Numbered from the stretch's first letter, positions 48,872-60,190 are shown. The stretch is 64,000 nt of DNA from an uncultured Chthonomonadaceae bacterium (GCA_963835065.1 CAWIEK010000001.1:64001-128000); one strand, 5' to 3'. The notes: generated from the sequence alone by a model not told the origin. Numbers and translations are program-made.

Positions 48872-49804
48872 CTACCTTGTAATCGTACCCGTTACCGTTG
48901 TCACCGCGCCATCGGCGAATCGAATGTCGGCGCGGTAATAACGCGCGGCATAGACATTGGGATTAGCCGCAAATGTTACCGGCTGACCATTGGACGCGCT
49001 GTTGGCAACGAGGGGCAAGTGATACTGGTTGAGCAGCGTGACGCTCATACTGTCAATCATAGCGGGATCGCCGCGCCAGCCGATGCGCAGGTTGAAGTTG
49101 GCATCCCGCTGCGCGCCGATCATCTGCTTTAGGGACACGGGCGACAGGGCTTCCGTTCCCGACGGCAGGGCGGCTTTTGCCGCATCGTTCCCGGCCTGAG
49201 TCCCGGAAGCGGCGACGGCATTACGCCCACTGTTTACGGGCAGGCGGGTAATACCGCCGGTTCGACCGGAAAGGGGCGTGATGCTGCCGCCATTGGTCAG
49301 CGCGGGATCGGAAGGCTGGCCGTTCGGCCCAACAAACGTCGCGCCTGCGGGATTGACCGCCGCAAAGCCACCGGAAAGCGGGCTGTCAACAACGCTGATG
49401 TTGCTCCCGGCATAAAGGGTTCCGTTCCCGATACTGCCGTTCCCGTTAAAGCCGGAGCCGTTGTAGCCAAAGCCATTAGTCGCATAGCCGTAGGGATAAC
49501 TCCCGAAGAGGCCGGCAATGCCGTAGCCGAAATACGCGGCGGTGGCTGCCGGGCTTGTCAGCCCGCCCACGCCGTAAAAGCTGTAGCCGTAACTGCTGTT
49601 TACGCCTCCGACGGGATACGCGGCCATGCCGTTCGCGCCGCCAAAAACGCCATAGTTCTGCCCAAAGCCATTACTCCTGCCATTGTTTCCATTGTTCGGC
49701 AGGAAAATCCCCTGCGCCTGTATGCCGGAAGCAGTCAACAAGAACGCTCCGACTCCCAATACTGCGCGAACCGCTTGCTTGTTATAGATAGTTCTGTTAT
49801 TCAT
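48872..49804 (-). CDS. Secreted Gly/Asn-rich hypothetical protein
   Basis: Signal peptide, low-complexity N-half; ECF-like promoter at 49870-49899. Confidence 0.65.
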   Translation of the reverse strand: MNNRTIYNKQAVRAVLGVGAFLLTASGIQAQGIFLPNNGNNGRSNGFGQNYGVFGGANGMAAYPVGGVNSSYGYSFYGVGGLTSPAATAAYFGYGIAGLFGSYPYGYATNGFGYNGSGFNGNGSIGNGTLYAGSNISVVDSPLSGGFAAVNPAGATFVGPNGQPSDPALTNGGSITPLSGRTGGITRLPVNSGRNAVAASGTQAGNDAAKAALPSGTEALSPVSLKQMIGAQRDANFNLRIGWRGDPAMIDSMSVTLLNQYHLPLVANSASNGQPVTFAANPNVYAARYYRADIRFADGAVTTVTGTITR

Positions 49805-50068
49805 TTGTAAACCTCGCTGTGTACTTCCTGTCGTCTTGGACCATGTTGAATCAGAGTTCAGACACTTAATTAGACTCTTCTCGCTGCCGGCATTGTTCCC
49901 AAAACATGCCTTCCTAACAGAAGCGCATAAATATCTACTGCGTATTCCCTAAACAGGCTGTCACGATGGCGGAAGGAGCGCGTACATCAAATAGAAGCGG
50001 GGCAGACGTAAGTTTTCGCAAAAAAGTTCAGGTTCGTTCCAAAAACTTGAAAATTTCTTACGGAGGTA

Positions 50069-50098
50069 TTGACGCCGCTATTGTCATTATGCTATTCT
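50069..50098 (+). promoter_or_regulatory. Sigma70-like promoter for the surface protein gene
   Basis: TTGACG-N18-TATTCT with extended TG. Confidence 0.5.
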
Positions 50099-50551
50099 TT
50101 CTGTCGGTGATGCGCTGATAAACCCGTCTCCTGAGCGCCGAAAGCGGAAATTGTCAAAAATTTCCTGAAAATCGGCATAAAAAGGCTTTAGATGGGGAAC
50201 AAAAAAACGGACTGAAACGTTTTTAGTTCGGTAGTCATTCACAGAACCCCGAATTGCCCACGTGACCCACGCAGAAGACCGCGCGGTAAACGCCATGACG
50301 CTGTTATTCCGCATCGAAGCGGGCCGCGAGAAGCAGGATACAAGGAAACTCTTCTCCAAACCCAAACTCCGATTCCATGAATGAGAGCCATTGGCAGACC
50401 CGTTGCGTTCCCACCGCGCAGGAAGCGTCTTTCCAAACTTGGAGCGATGCGCAAGGGGCATTGCGCGCTCCCTCTCTTACGACATCCCGGCTTCCCCTTG
50501 CTTCTCAAGGACGGTACTGCCGCTATGTCACTTCATGGAGGATAGACCATC

Positions 50552-52576
50552 ATGCGAAAGGCGTTGCCCTTCCTGGGCGCTTCCCTTTCCGTCCTCGCGA
50601 TCAGCATGACTGCGCCGTCACAGGCACAGGACGCCAAGCTGTTCCAGGACGTTCCCCAGTCCCACTGGGCTTACGAGGCCGTTACCGACCTGCAAAGCCG
50701 CGGCATCCTGCTCGGCTACCCGGACGGGTACTTCCGCGGCAAGCGCCCCCTGACCCGCTACGAGTTCGCGGTTGCCCTGCAGCGCGCCCTGGCGAAAGTT
50801 GTAGGAACTCCCGGCCCTCCCGGCCCTGCCGGTCAGAACGGCACTCCTGGTGAAGCCGGTCCCGCCGGTCCCGCTGGACCTCCCGGCGTGACCCCCGAAG
50901 AACTGGCCCGCTTCCGCGCCCTGGCCGATGAGTTCCGCAACGAACTCGCCGCGATTGGCGCCAATGTCCGCGACATCAATTCCCGCCTGGATGCGCTGGG
51001 CCGCGATGTGGCCGATATTCAGGACTACCTGCGCCGCCAGATCAAATTCAGCGGCGACCTGTTCGGCGGCTTCCGCTCCGACCAGTCCCGCGTACCGTTC
51101 TACGACTATAGTGGCGCGCGCCGCAACGCGAACCGCTCCCTGCTGGAAAACGTAGACGCGGTGCATGACTTCCACCTGGATGCGCGGGGCACCCTGCCCG
51201 GCGGTGTTCACGCCAATGTGGACCTGGTTGCGTCCAACTACCTGAGCTATCGCGCCAACAGCGTGACCGGCAACGGCGCTCCGGTAGGCAACCCGAACTC
51301 CTCGTCCGGCCCGGTAGGCGCGACGTTCCTCGGCGGTCCTTCCGCGGCCAATGCCAACGGCGGCGCGGAAGCCCTGACGCTGTACGAAGCGAACCTGTCC
51401 ATTCCGATTGGCGGCTTCGGCAGCGGTTCGCAACTGCAGGTTGGCCGCTACAAGCACCAGGTCACGCCCCTGACCTACTACCGCCCCGATACCGATGCCT
51501 ACTTCGACATACCCTGGTATGACGACGGCAACTGGGTCGAGGACGGCGTGAAGTTCGAGTCCAAGTTCGGCAGCGCCAAAACGTCCGTCTTCGCGGGCAG
51601 CTACCGCTCCCTGACGACGACCAACGGCGGCGTTATCAACACGCCCCTCGTCGGCGCGAACGTGAACCCGTATACCGGCGCCAACCGCTTCGGCGGCGCG
51701 ATAAAACCGACCAGCCTTGCCCTGGCCCCCGAACAAGCGGCGGCAGGCGAAAGCGCGGGCATCCATATCGCCATTCCGATCCTTCGGCTGGGCGAATTGG
51801 GCGCGACGTTGATTGACTTCGGCAATGCCAGCAGCCTGCCGTTGTCCGCCAACTTCAATAACGTGGTTGTGTACGGCGTGAACTTCAAGGCGAACGCGGT
51901 TGGCCGTTTCACCTTCTCCGGTGAAGCCGCAAAATCGGTCACGCAGCGCGGTACGCTGGACGGCGATCCCAGCAACATCAACGAGGACGACAACGCCTAC
52001 GTTGCCAACGTGGGCTACAACACCGGCCCCATCAACGCCATCGTCGGCTACCAGTACATCGATCCGCGCTTCGCCGCGCCCGGTTACTGGAACAAGATCG
52101 GCAACTGGTACAACCCGACCAACATCTCCGGCCCCTATGCGCGCATCACGTACAACTTCTCCAATGCGCTCGTAGGCTTCCTGGGCGGCGACTACTACAG
52201 CGGCGCGCGCAACCGCCGCTTCACGGGCGGCTTCACAACCGGCAGCAACGTGGAGCGCGCGACGGCGGGCATCAAGTTCAACGTCAACAAGCACGTCAAC
52301 GTGGGCGCGACCTACGAAGGCGTTCTGTATGACCTGTCTTCCGCCGTGTCGCTCAGCGGCCTGCGCTCCAAGCCGGTCGAGCAGTACCTGACCTTCAACG
52401 CCGGCCTGAACCTCGCCAGCAACACCGTGTTGCGCGTGGCTTACCAGATCCTCAACCAGCAGGATGTCGGCGGCGGCTTCGGCAGCTTCAGCGGTGTCGG
52501 CGGCGTGAACGGCAACAATACCGGACACGATGCCAACGCCAGCGTGTTCACCACCCAACTGGCCGTTCACTTCTAA
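50552..52576 (+). CDS. SLH-domain surface/outer-membrane protein (SLH, collagen-like, coiled coil, beta-barrel-like)
   Basis: FQDVPQSHWAY..GYPDG..TRYEFA; Gly-X-Y run; C-terminal Phe; strong codon bias. Confidence 0.88.
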   Translation: MRKALPFLGASLSVLAISMTAPSQAQDAKLFQDVPQSHWAYEAVTDLQSRGILLGYPDGYFRGKRPLTRYEFAVALQRALAKVVGTPGPPGPAGQNGTPGEAGPAGPAGPPGVTPEELARFRALADEFRNELAAIGANVRDINSRLDALGRDVADIQDYLRRQIKFSGDLFGGFRSDQSRVPFYDYSGARRNANRSLLENVDAVHDFHLDARGTLPGGVHANVDLVASNYLSYRANSVTGNGAPVGNPNSSSGPVGATFLGGPSAANANGGAEALTLYEANLSIPIGGFGSGSQLQVGRYKHQVTPLTYYRPDTDAYFDIPWYDDGNWVEDGVKFESKFGSAKTSVFAGSYRSLTTTNGGVINTPLVGANVNPYTGANRFGGAIKPTSLALAPEQAAAGESAGIHIAIPILRLGELGATLIDFGNASSLPLSANFNNVVVYGVNFKANAVGRFTFSGEAAKSVTQRGTLDGDPSNINEDDNAYVANVGYNTGPINAIVGYQYIDPRFAAPGYWNKIGNWYNPTNISGPYARITYNFSNALVGFLGGDYYSGARNRRFTGGFTTGSNVERATAGIKFNVNKHVNVGATYEGVLYDLSSAVSLSGLRSKPVEQYLTFNAGLNLASNTVLRVAYQILNQQDVGGGFGSFSGVGGVNGNNTGHDANASVFTTQLAVHF

Positions 52577-52600
52577 GGAAGTAGTCAGTAGCCAGTAGTC

Positions 52601-52639
52601 AGTAGTCAGCAGGAATTCGTTCCTGCTGACTACTTTTTT
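52601..52639 (+). terminator. Intrinsic terminator within a TAGTCAG/CTGACTA heptamer element (52577-52705)
   Basis: 15-bp stem, TTCG loop, T-run. Confidence 0.8.
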
Positions 52640-53039
52640 GTCAGAACGGTTTTTCTACTGACTACTGATTTCTGGCTACTGGCTACTGACTACTGGCTAC
52701 TTCCTCCTGTCTTCTTCCTGCGGAACATTCCTCCCCCCGCTCTCGTCCTTATTCACTGAATTGCAGCGTATTGCCTGGGAATGGCAGCCCTGACGCTTCC
52801 CCATCCCAATGAACCAGACGTTTTCTTGTGGACGCTTGCTGCGTACGGAAACGAGCCGTTGCTTTTGCGATGGGCGAATTTCCAGTGTGGACAGTTACGC
52901 GACGCTTCGCGTGACATCCTGCGAAGCATACTTGGAAGCGCGCGCCTTACAGCAGGCGAGTTGACGGACGCGGGCAGGGACGCCCGCGTTGTTTTGTCTG
53001 TTCACAGGCCAACAAGGTTCATCACAATCGAGGGTAACG

Positions 53040-55358
53040 ATGGCTCGACAACATACAGAAACGCGGGCAGCAAGATCACCCGTTGAAACAGCGCCAAACC
53101 GACTGCCTTTCGTCAGTTTTGCGCTGTTGATTCTGGTTTTTGGGCCGATTATCACGGGCTGGCTGATTGACCAGCACGAGCGGCAGCTTACGGCAGCCGT
53201 TCGCGCCACGCAGACTCATCTGAACCGAGTTCGAGAATTATCGCTGGTTCCCCGCCAGCGTCGCCCCTCCCCCACAGTATCTCCCACGCTGCGCGCCTGG
53301 CGTGACAGCATGGATGCCGCGCTGACCGCAGCGGAGCAGGCACAGGAACAGGCCGCCAGGCGCGTTTCCGACCTGCACGACATTCAAGATGCGCTCATCT
53401 CCGTCTTTGGCTTGCTGGGACTGGTAGCCGCGTTTTATTCCAGCCGCGCCGTCAACCAGCTTCGAGACCTCGCCGCCGCCAATGGCCGGCGCGTTCGCGC
53501 GCTGGAAAGCCTGTTCGATACCGCCGGCCACCTTTCCGTCAGCGCGTCCCCTGAAGCGATGCATGAGTATCTGACCGAGCGCGTAGGCCGGGTTTTGCAG
53601 GCAAAGCGCGTGGAAATGTGGAGCTACGACGCCGCGCATAACCGGCTGCATCCCCTGCGCCCCGCGTTTGGCTTTACCTCCGAGCCGCCCACTCCTCTGC
53701 CTGTACGCGCCGGAACATGGGCGCATAATCTTCTGTTTCAAAATACAATGGTTTGCCGCAACGAAATCGCGCCCCATGATGAGAAGGAAGAGGGGAATGA
53801 AGAGGACGCGCTCAACGCGCAGTTACGCGCCTGGCAGGTCAATAATGCGCTGATAGTGCCTTTGATCGCCCATAATCAGCCTGTCGGCCTGTTGTGCGCG
53901 TATGACAAAAGAACGGAAGCGCAGGGCAGCAGGCCGGACGAGCGCGCGTCATTCCACGAGGAGGACGCGCAGTTGTTGCGCACGTTTGCCACGCAGGCGG
54001 CGTTTGTGCTGCACAGCGCCCGGCAATACGCCCATGCGCGGGATCGGGGCGAGCAATTGGCATCGCTGGCGCGCTTGACGCAGGTAGTCAACAGTTCCCT
54101 CGACTTGACGCAGATCGTGCCGGCCTTTTTGCGGGAAGCCCGCGCGCTGATTCCTTACCAACGGGCGCGGCTGGCTCTGGTTCCTATGGGACAGGAAAGC
54201 GAAAGCTGGAGTCAGGAGTACCCGGAAACGGATGCCGAAGAAACGGAACTGCTCCGCAACTTGCGCGGCAAAACAAATGGCGGACTGTTGTTTTCGCCAC
54301 ATCATGATTCATCTGTGCCTTTGTCGGCAAATCCTGTCTACGTCTGGACGCTGAACCGAGATAACGTCGGGGAAGAGGAACCTCAAAACGCGCCGCAGTG
54401 GCAGGTTTTGCCTCCACAAGATGCGCTGCGGAAAGCGATGGAAACCCGTCAGGCGCAGCAGGATCACGTTTTAGTCATCCCGCTTGTCGCGCAAAATACG
54501 CTGTTGGGCGCGCTTGCATTTGAATTAGGAGATTTGGAAAACGAAGCAGGAAATAAGGACGGCTACAGCGAACATCATTTACAATTGGCGCAGCAGGCGG
54601 CAGGGCAGCTTGCTTCCGCCGTTCAAAACGCGCAATTGTATCAGGAAGCCACCCATAAAGCGCGGCAAATGGCATGGTCTTTGCAGGAAACCGATCACCG
54701 TATCAAGAATAATCTACAGGCGATCACGGCGATTTTAGACTTGTATACTATGGAAGCCGAGGAAGACAAGCGCGCGCCTCATCCGGGAGAAGAAACCATC
54801 CGGCAGGCAACGGCAGCCCGCGAAGGGCTGGCGCACGCGATGCGCGAAGTCCGAACCATTGCCGCCGTGCATGAGCTTCTCAACGACGACCAGCACATCA
54901 GCCGGGTAAAAGCCGATGCGCTGATTGAAAAACTGATTCCCATGCTGTTGACCGGCCCGATTGTCGGCGGCAGGCAGCTGCACATCAGCACCCACGCGGA
55001 CGATGTGACGCTGCCGAGCAAATTGGCGTCCACGCTGGCGCTGGCAATCAATGAACTGATCGTCAATGCGGTTCGTCATGGAGGGAAAGACAGGCAGGAA
55101 GTGACATTGCGCGTGACGCTGCACCATAACGCGCCGCATTTGTGCCTGTCCGTTGAGGACGACGGCCCCGGTTTCCCGGACGGTTTTGATTTGGGCCGCC
55201 ACGCAAAAGTGGGACTGAACCTGACGCGCATGATGGTGGAACGTGATCTGCGCGGAACGCTGACCTACGCCAATAAGGAATCAAGCGGGGGTGCAACTGT
55301 CACCGCCCATGTACCGTATAAAGAAACATCTTCACCGAGTGTTTCGTTTGCCTACTAA
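53040..55358 (+). CDS. Membrane GAF-GAF sensor histidine kinase (HisKA_2)
   Basis: ETDHRIKNNLQ, NELIVNAVRHG, EDDGPGF. Confidence 0.88.
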   Translation: MARQHTETRAARSPVETAPNRLPFVSFALLILVFGPIITGWLIDQHERQLTAAVRATQTHLNRVRELSLVPRQRRPSPTVSPTLRAWRDSMDAALTAAEQAQEQAARRVSDLHDIQDALISVFGLLGLVAAFYSSRAVNQLRDLAAANGRRVRALESLFDTAGHLSVSASPEAMHEYLTERVGRVLQAKRVEMWSYDAAHNRLHPLRPAFGFTSEPPTPLPVRAGTWAHNLLFQNTMVCRNEIAPHDEKEEGNEEDALNAQLRAWQVNNALIVPLIAHNQPVGLLCAYDKRTEAQGSRPDERASFHEEDAQLLRTFATQAAFVLHSARQYAHARDRGEQLASLARLTQVVNSSLDLTQIVPAFLREARALIPYQRARLALVPMGQESESWSQEYPETDAEETELLRNLRGKTNGGLLFSPHHDSSVPLSANPVYVWTLNRDNVGEEEPQNAPQWQVLPPQDALRKAMETRQAQQDHVLVIPLVAQNTLLGALAFELGDLENEAGNKDGYSEHHLQLAQQAAGQLASAVQNAQLYQEATHKARQMAWSLQETDHRIKNNLQAITAILDLYTMEAEEDKRAPHPGEETIRQATAAREGLAHAMREVRTIAAVHELLNDDQHISRVKADALIEKLIPMLLTGPIVGGRQLHISTHADDVTLPSKLASTLALAINELIVNAVRHGGKDRQEVTLRVTLHHNAPHLCLSVEDDGPGFPDGFDLGRHAKVGLNLTRMMVERDLRGTLTYANKESSGGATVTAHVPYKETSSPSVSFAY

Positions 55359-55531
55359 GCAGTTGAAAGCGGATAGTTCGTAGTTGATAGAGATACAGCC
55401 GCTGCGAACATTCACTGCCCTTGCGTTTAGCCTTCCGCGCTTTCAGCGCGCCTTATGACATATATCACTACACATCCTGACCCTACAACGGCAGGTCTGA
55501 TGAGGCCACCTCCTCATGAAAGGAATGGCGT

Positions 55532-56128
55532 ATGACGCCTGAAGCATTGCCCATCCAACGCGCGCTGATCTGTGAAGACGAAGGCGTGACCGTGATGCAG
55601 ATACGCAAGGCGCTGGTTCGCGCCGGTTATGATGTTGTCGGCGAAGCGGTCGAGGGCCGCAAAGCCATTGAAATGGCGCAGGAATTAAAACCCGACTTGA
55701 TCCTGATGGACATCAACATGCCGGGTCCCATTGACGGCATTGCTGCCACCCGCGAGATTTTGAAGCATCAGCCGGTTCCCATTATCATGCTGACGGCCTA
55801 CAGCGATGACTCCTATGTAGACAACGCGCTGGACGCCGGAGCCTGCGCGTATCTGGTCAAGCCCATCACCAGCGAACAACTGCTGCCCGCAATCAAACTC
55901 GCCATGTCCCGTTTTCAAGCCTTGCAGGACGCGATTAAAGAAGCGACCGACATCAAGGACGCGCTGGAAACCCGCAAAATGGTAGAGCGCGCCAAGGGCG
56001 TTCTCATGGATCGCCGCTCCTTGAGCGAATCGGACGCTTTTCGGCAAATGCAAAAAATCAGCCGTGACAAATGCCAAACGATGAAAGTAACCGCGCAGGA
56101 AATCATCAAAGCGAGCGAATTGCTGTAG
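55532..56128 (+). CDS. REC-ANTAR response regulator
   Basis: ICEDE, LMDINMP, VKP; RKMVERAKGVLM..SESDAFR ANTAR motif. Confidence 0.93.
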   Translation: MTPEALPIQRALICEDEGVTVMQIRKALVRAGYDVVGEAVEGRKAIEMAQELKPDLILMDINMPGPIDGIAATREILKHQPVPIIMLTAYSDDSYVDNALDAGACAYLVKPITSEQLLPAIKLAMSRFQALQDAIKEATDIKDALETRKMVERAKGVLMDRRSLSESDAFRQMQKISRDKCQTMKVTAQEIIKASELL

Positions 56129-56386
56129 ATCGGTATTCGTACACTCCTCGCGATGGGAGCCGAATCACCCTGTCAGCCTGTTTCTGCGCCGTAGTGACGA
56201 CACATTACCATGCCGTGAGCGCCGCATTTCCGCCGATGCCGCGCCCTGCAAGAATCCGTCTGTTCCTCCTGCCTGCCTGCATCCTTCCCACTACCTCATA
56301 ATATCCTCTGCCCTTATTGCGCTTACTCCTGTGCTTGCAGGAAACGCCGCTATCCTTCTTGAATTCATCTGATACATTCAACTGGT

Positions 56387-56520
56387 GCCAGGCGTTGAAA
56401 ACGCCTGTCTTGGTGGCGTTCCGCCAGGCGTCCTAGGGACGCAATTCCTTACCTACAGTGTTCTGCGTCCGTAGGACGCCTGGCCGCAGGCCATAGAGAC
56501 GGTGGTTTTCAACCACTGGC
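56387..56520. repeat. Family P palindromic element
   Basis: Aligns with 13340-13471. Confidence 0.85.
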
Positions 56521-56549
56521 TCAAGGTGTCTGATGCAGGAGAAGCGACC

Positions 56550-57362
56550 ATGCCGGTACGTGTACAGCGTTTGGAAGACGCCCCTACGTTTCGCGCTATG
56601 CTGCCGGAGCAGCGCGAAAAACTGACGGGGCTGTTGGAGTATTGCCATTTCCATGCCGGCGAACTGATTTGCGAACAGGGCGACGTGGGCGACACCATGT
56701 ACTTCATTGAAAAGGGAGAAGTGACATTTTTCGCCAAAGAAGCGGGAGGCGTTCTCAAAGAATTGCGCACTCTGGTAGCCGGGGACTTTTTCGGGGAAAT
56801 CGCGCTGCTCAACAATACCCCGCGCTCCGTAACGGCACAGGCCAAGACCGAAGTTTTCGCGCTGGAACTGCGCCGCGACAACTTCGACGCCTTTTTGCTG
56901 GCGCATCCCGACATGGCGGTAAGAATGTTGCGCGTGATGGCGAAATGGCTGAAAGACAACGCCGATATGATGGGCGATATGATTACCCCAAGTACGAAAA
57001 AGGATTTGGATGCCCTCCGCACCACAACGGAAAAGCGCATCGAGCGGCTGGTCGGGCTGTTCAGTAACCCCGTTTTCCTGCTGGGCAACCTGCTCGTGTT
57101 CATGCTCTGGATCATTGCCAATGAACTGCATCATCCGCCCTGGGACAGCCGCGAGTTCGGCTTTTTGGGACTGTTCGCAGCCATCGAAGCCCTCGCAATG
57201 ACGATGCTGGTGCTGGCAAAGCAAAAACGCGACGAAACGGACGCCAACCGACGCAACGACCTGATTTTAGAAAAAGTGCAGACTTCGCCGGACGAAATAA
57301 AAACACTGCGCGCAGAAGTCCGGGCGCTGACGGCAGTGATTCGCGGCCAGCAAAAACCGTAG
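56550..57362 (+). CDS. cNMP-binding domain + DUF1003-like 2-TM protein
   Basis: GDFFGEIALL..PRSVT; two TM helices, then a coiled coil. Confidence 0.85.
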   Translation: MPVRVQRLEDAPTFRAMLPEQREKLTGLLEYCHFHAGELICEQGDVGDTMYFIEKGEVTFFAKEAGGVLKELRTLVAGDFFGEIALLNNTPRSVTAQAKTEVFALELRRDNFDAFLLAHPDMAVRMLRVMAKWLKDNADMMGDMITPSTKKDLDALRTTTEKRIERLVGLFSNPVFLLGNLLVFMLWIIANELHHPPWDSREFGFLGLFAAIEALAMTMLVLAKQKRDETDANRRNDLILEKVQTSPDEIKTLRAEVRALTAVIRGQQKP

Positions 57363-57372
57363 AATTCGCGTT

Positions 57373-57449
57373 AGAACCTATCCCAATAGGCGAGAATTCG
57401 CGTCCGCAGGACGCTTGCACTTTCCTGCCGGGTATTTTCAATACCCGGC
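57373..57449. repeat. Degenerate copy of the 44039-44133 element
   Basis: GCGTCCGCAGGACGCTTG..CTTTCCTGCCGGGTA..TACCCGGCC shared. Confidence 0.65.
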
Positions 57450-57500
57450 CAGAAGGCAAGAACAATGCGCAAGTAATGTAAGGCAGAATAGAGGCCTCCC

Positions 57501-60183
57501 GTGTCCAACCCTTATCCTACCTTTTTGATGCTCGACATAGAAGGCTCCTCCAAAATCGCGCGCAGCCTGTCGCGGCAGGAATATCTGGAACGAGTCAACA
57601 TTCCCGTTTATGCGGAGTTGAAGCGTTTGATTGCGCGGCATCAGGGCGACGATGAGCGGGACGCCGCGCGGCGACGATGCGCTTGTCGTCTTTGCCCATG
57701 TCAATGACGCGATAGAATGTGCCGTTGCGATCCAAAAATCGCTGCCGAAACGGATTGCGGCCGGATACGTCGGAAGGCGCTCACCGAATCGGCGTGCGAA
57801 TCGCCGTACATACCGCCCGCAAGCAGGTGCAGCCGGACGAAAATGGCTTGTACCCCAATGCGGAAGATGTGATTTTTACCGCGCGCATGTTGGTCAATGT
57901 GTACGGCGGGCAGATTGTCGCTTCAGACGAGACGCATCGGGTTGCGGACAGCCTGCAATGGAACTGGCAGGCATGGCCGAACCGCCGCATCAAGAGTTTC
58001 GAGGAAAAGCCGTACACGATTCATGAACTGCTGTACGAGGGCTGGACAAGCCGGGAGCCGGGGTCGCAGTTTGTGCCGGGCTGGTTTCGGGAAAAGAACC
58101 ACTACGTTTCACGCCCGGAACTGGAAAACAGCGTTGCGGACTGCTTTGCGCGCCGGACGGGAAACAACAACCCCTATCGGCTCGTCACGCTGCACGGATT
58201 TGGCGGCATGGGCAAAACGCGCCTTGCCATGCAGTGCTGTTTGAACGCGGCGGGCATGTTCGAGGGGCAACTGTTCCTGACGCCATTGGACGGTATTCCC
58301 GATACCGCCCTGACTTCGGACTTGGCGCGCAGGGATTATCTTGTCGGCAGCATCGCCAGAACATTCGGGCTGGCAGATCCGCCCGCCACGCCGGAGAATT
58401 TGCCGGAGCGCCTGCCCAACAAGGGCAGTATGCTGCTGCTTCTGGACAACTACGAAACCGTAAAAGGCGCGGCTTCGGCGCGTTTGATCGTGGACATGCT
58501 GGAAGCGCGTCCCGATTTGCGCCTGCTCGTCACGGGCCGAACGCCGGTCGGCCTGACAACAGGGGAAAGCGTTCAGGATGTGGAAGGATTGCAGCCGGGG
58601 GAAGCGCGCGATCTGCTGCTGACTCGTATCGGAGAGAAAAAGAACAACCCTCTCTGGTCGCCGCTTTCCTCGCAGGAACCGGCCATAACAACCATACTGG
58701 AACAAACCGCGCGTATTCCATTAGCGCTCGAACTGGTTGCGGCGCATTGCGGCGACATGACATTGGAAGAAATCGCCGCCGACCTGAGCCTTGAGCCACT
58801 GGGAGAAATAACCGAAACGCCGGACGGAATGTACAGCCTTGATCCGAGTTGGAGGCATCAAACGCTGGTAAAATGCTACAACTGGTCATGGCGGCTGTTG
58901 GACGAGGAAGCGCAGTTCGCGCTTGTCTGCCTCAGCCTGTTCGCGGACAGGTGCCCAACCGAAGAGATAACCGCCTGTTTCGACGCAATCAAGCGTCCGC
59001 ACCTCACGCGCTTACAGCAAGCGGCGCTGGCAACGCGGCAGGAGGCAGGAGGCCGCAGCGTGTACTCCCTGCTTCGCCCCACGCGCCTTTATGCCCGTAA
59101 ACGCCTGCAAGAAAGTGATGATGAAAACATTGAAAAGCGCCATTTCGTCGCCTATTACCGGCACCTGGCGCGGGAAAATGGCGGCAGCGCGAATACCGAG
59201 GATACGGAGAAACGAGCGCGACTGGAATCAGCATGGCGTCACGCCATGTCAGCGGCGGATATTGCGGGGGAATTGGAAGATGCGGAGTCCAGTGGCGACA
59301 TTGCCGATAAGTTAATCCATTTTGTGCATCGTCAGGCGCTCTGGGCCGAGGGAACGTTCCTGTACACGCGCTCGCTGGACATTCGGCGCAAAGCGTTGCC
59401 GGACGGCCATCCTGACATTGCCACCAGCCTCAACAATCTGGCGTTGTTGTACGCAGTCGCAAGGCCGCTATGCCGAGGCCGAACCGCTGTACGTACAGGC
59501 GTTGGACATTGAGCGGGAGCACTTAGGCAAAGAACATCCAGCACTTGCCATCGGTCTCAACAATCTGGCAGAGTTGTACCGGTTACAAGGCCGCTATGCC
59601 GACGCCGAACCGCTGTACATACAGGCGTTGGACATTCGGCGCAAAGCGTTGCCGGACGGCCATCCTGACATTGCCAGGTAGCCTCAACAATCTGGCGTTG
59701 TTGTATGCGTATCAAGGCCGCTATGCTGAGGCCGAACCCTTGTTTGTGCAGGCATTGGACATTCACCGTCAAGCCTATGGCGAACAGCATCCGCTTGTTG
59801 CCACCAGCCTCAACAATCTGGCGGGGTTGTACTGGTCACAAGGCCGCTATGCAGACGCCGAACCGCTGTTCTTACAGGCGTTGGACATTGATCGTGTGGC
59901 ATTGGGAGAGAACCATCCAGACTACGCCATTGACCTCAACAATATGGCGGGGTTGTACCAGTCGCAAGGCCGCTATGCCGAGGCCGAACCGCTGTACATA
60001 CAGGCGTTAGACATTCTCGTTGTCAGTTTAGGGCCGCGTCACCCGAACACGATTACAGGTCTCGGCAACTTCCTGAGAATGCTTATCCATCAGGAACGCA
60101 TGGAGGATGCCGGAGCCTTCTTATCCGCAAAGCCGGAACTTCAAGAAACGTTTGCTCTCCTGCTTGCTCAGCAGTCGGCGTAG
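57501..60183 (+). CDS. Class III nucleotide cyclase-like + STAND ATPase + TPR protein; four 1-nt frameshifts (~57653, ~57750, ~59453, ~59677)
   Basis: LDIEGSS, GDDALVVF, VRIAVHT, GGQIVAS; GFGGMGKT, LLLDNYE, IPLALEL; repeats of LNNLA.LY..QGRY..AEPL. Confidence 0.8.
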
Positions 60184-60190
60184 CGTCGGC

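Noticed and set aside
50309..50322. ANTAR target (CCGC-ATCGAA-GCGG, A1/G4 hexaloop)
   Set aside because: Only one hairpin; the required second hairpin was not found
50618..52570. Long antisense ORFs (also 9928-11703, 35162-36559, 26720-27970)
   Set aside because: Shadows of GC-biased genes on the opposite strand
59330..60010. ~126-bp periodic repeats as a CRISPR array or DGR
   Set aside because: They encode 42-aa TPR units; no cas genes or reverse transcriptase
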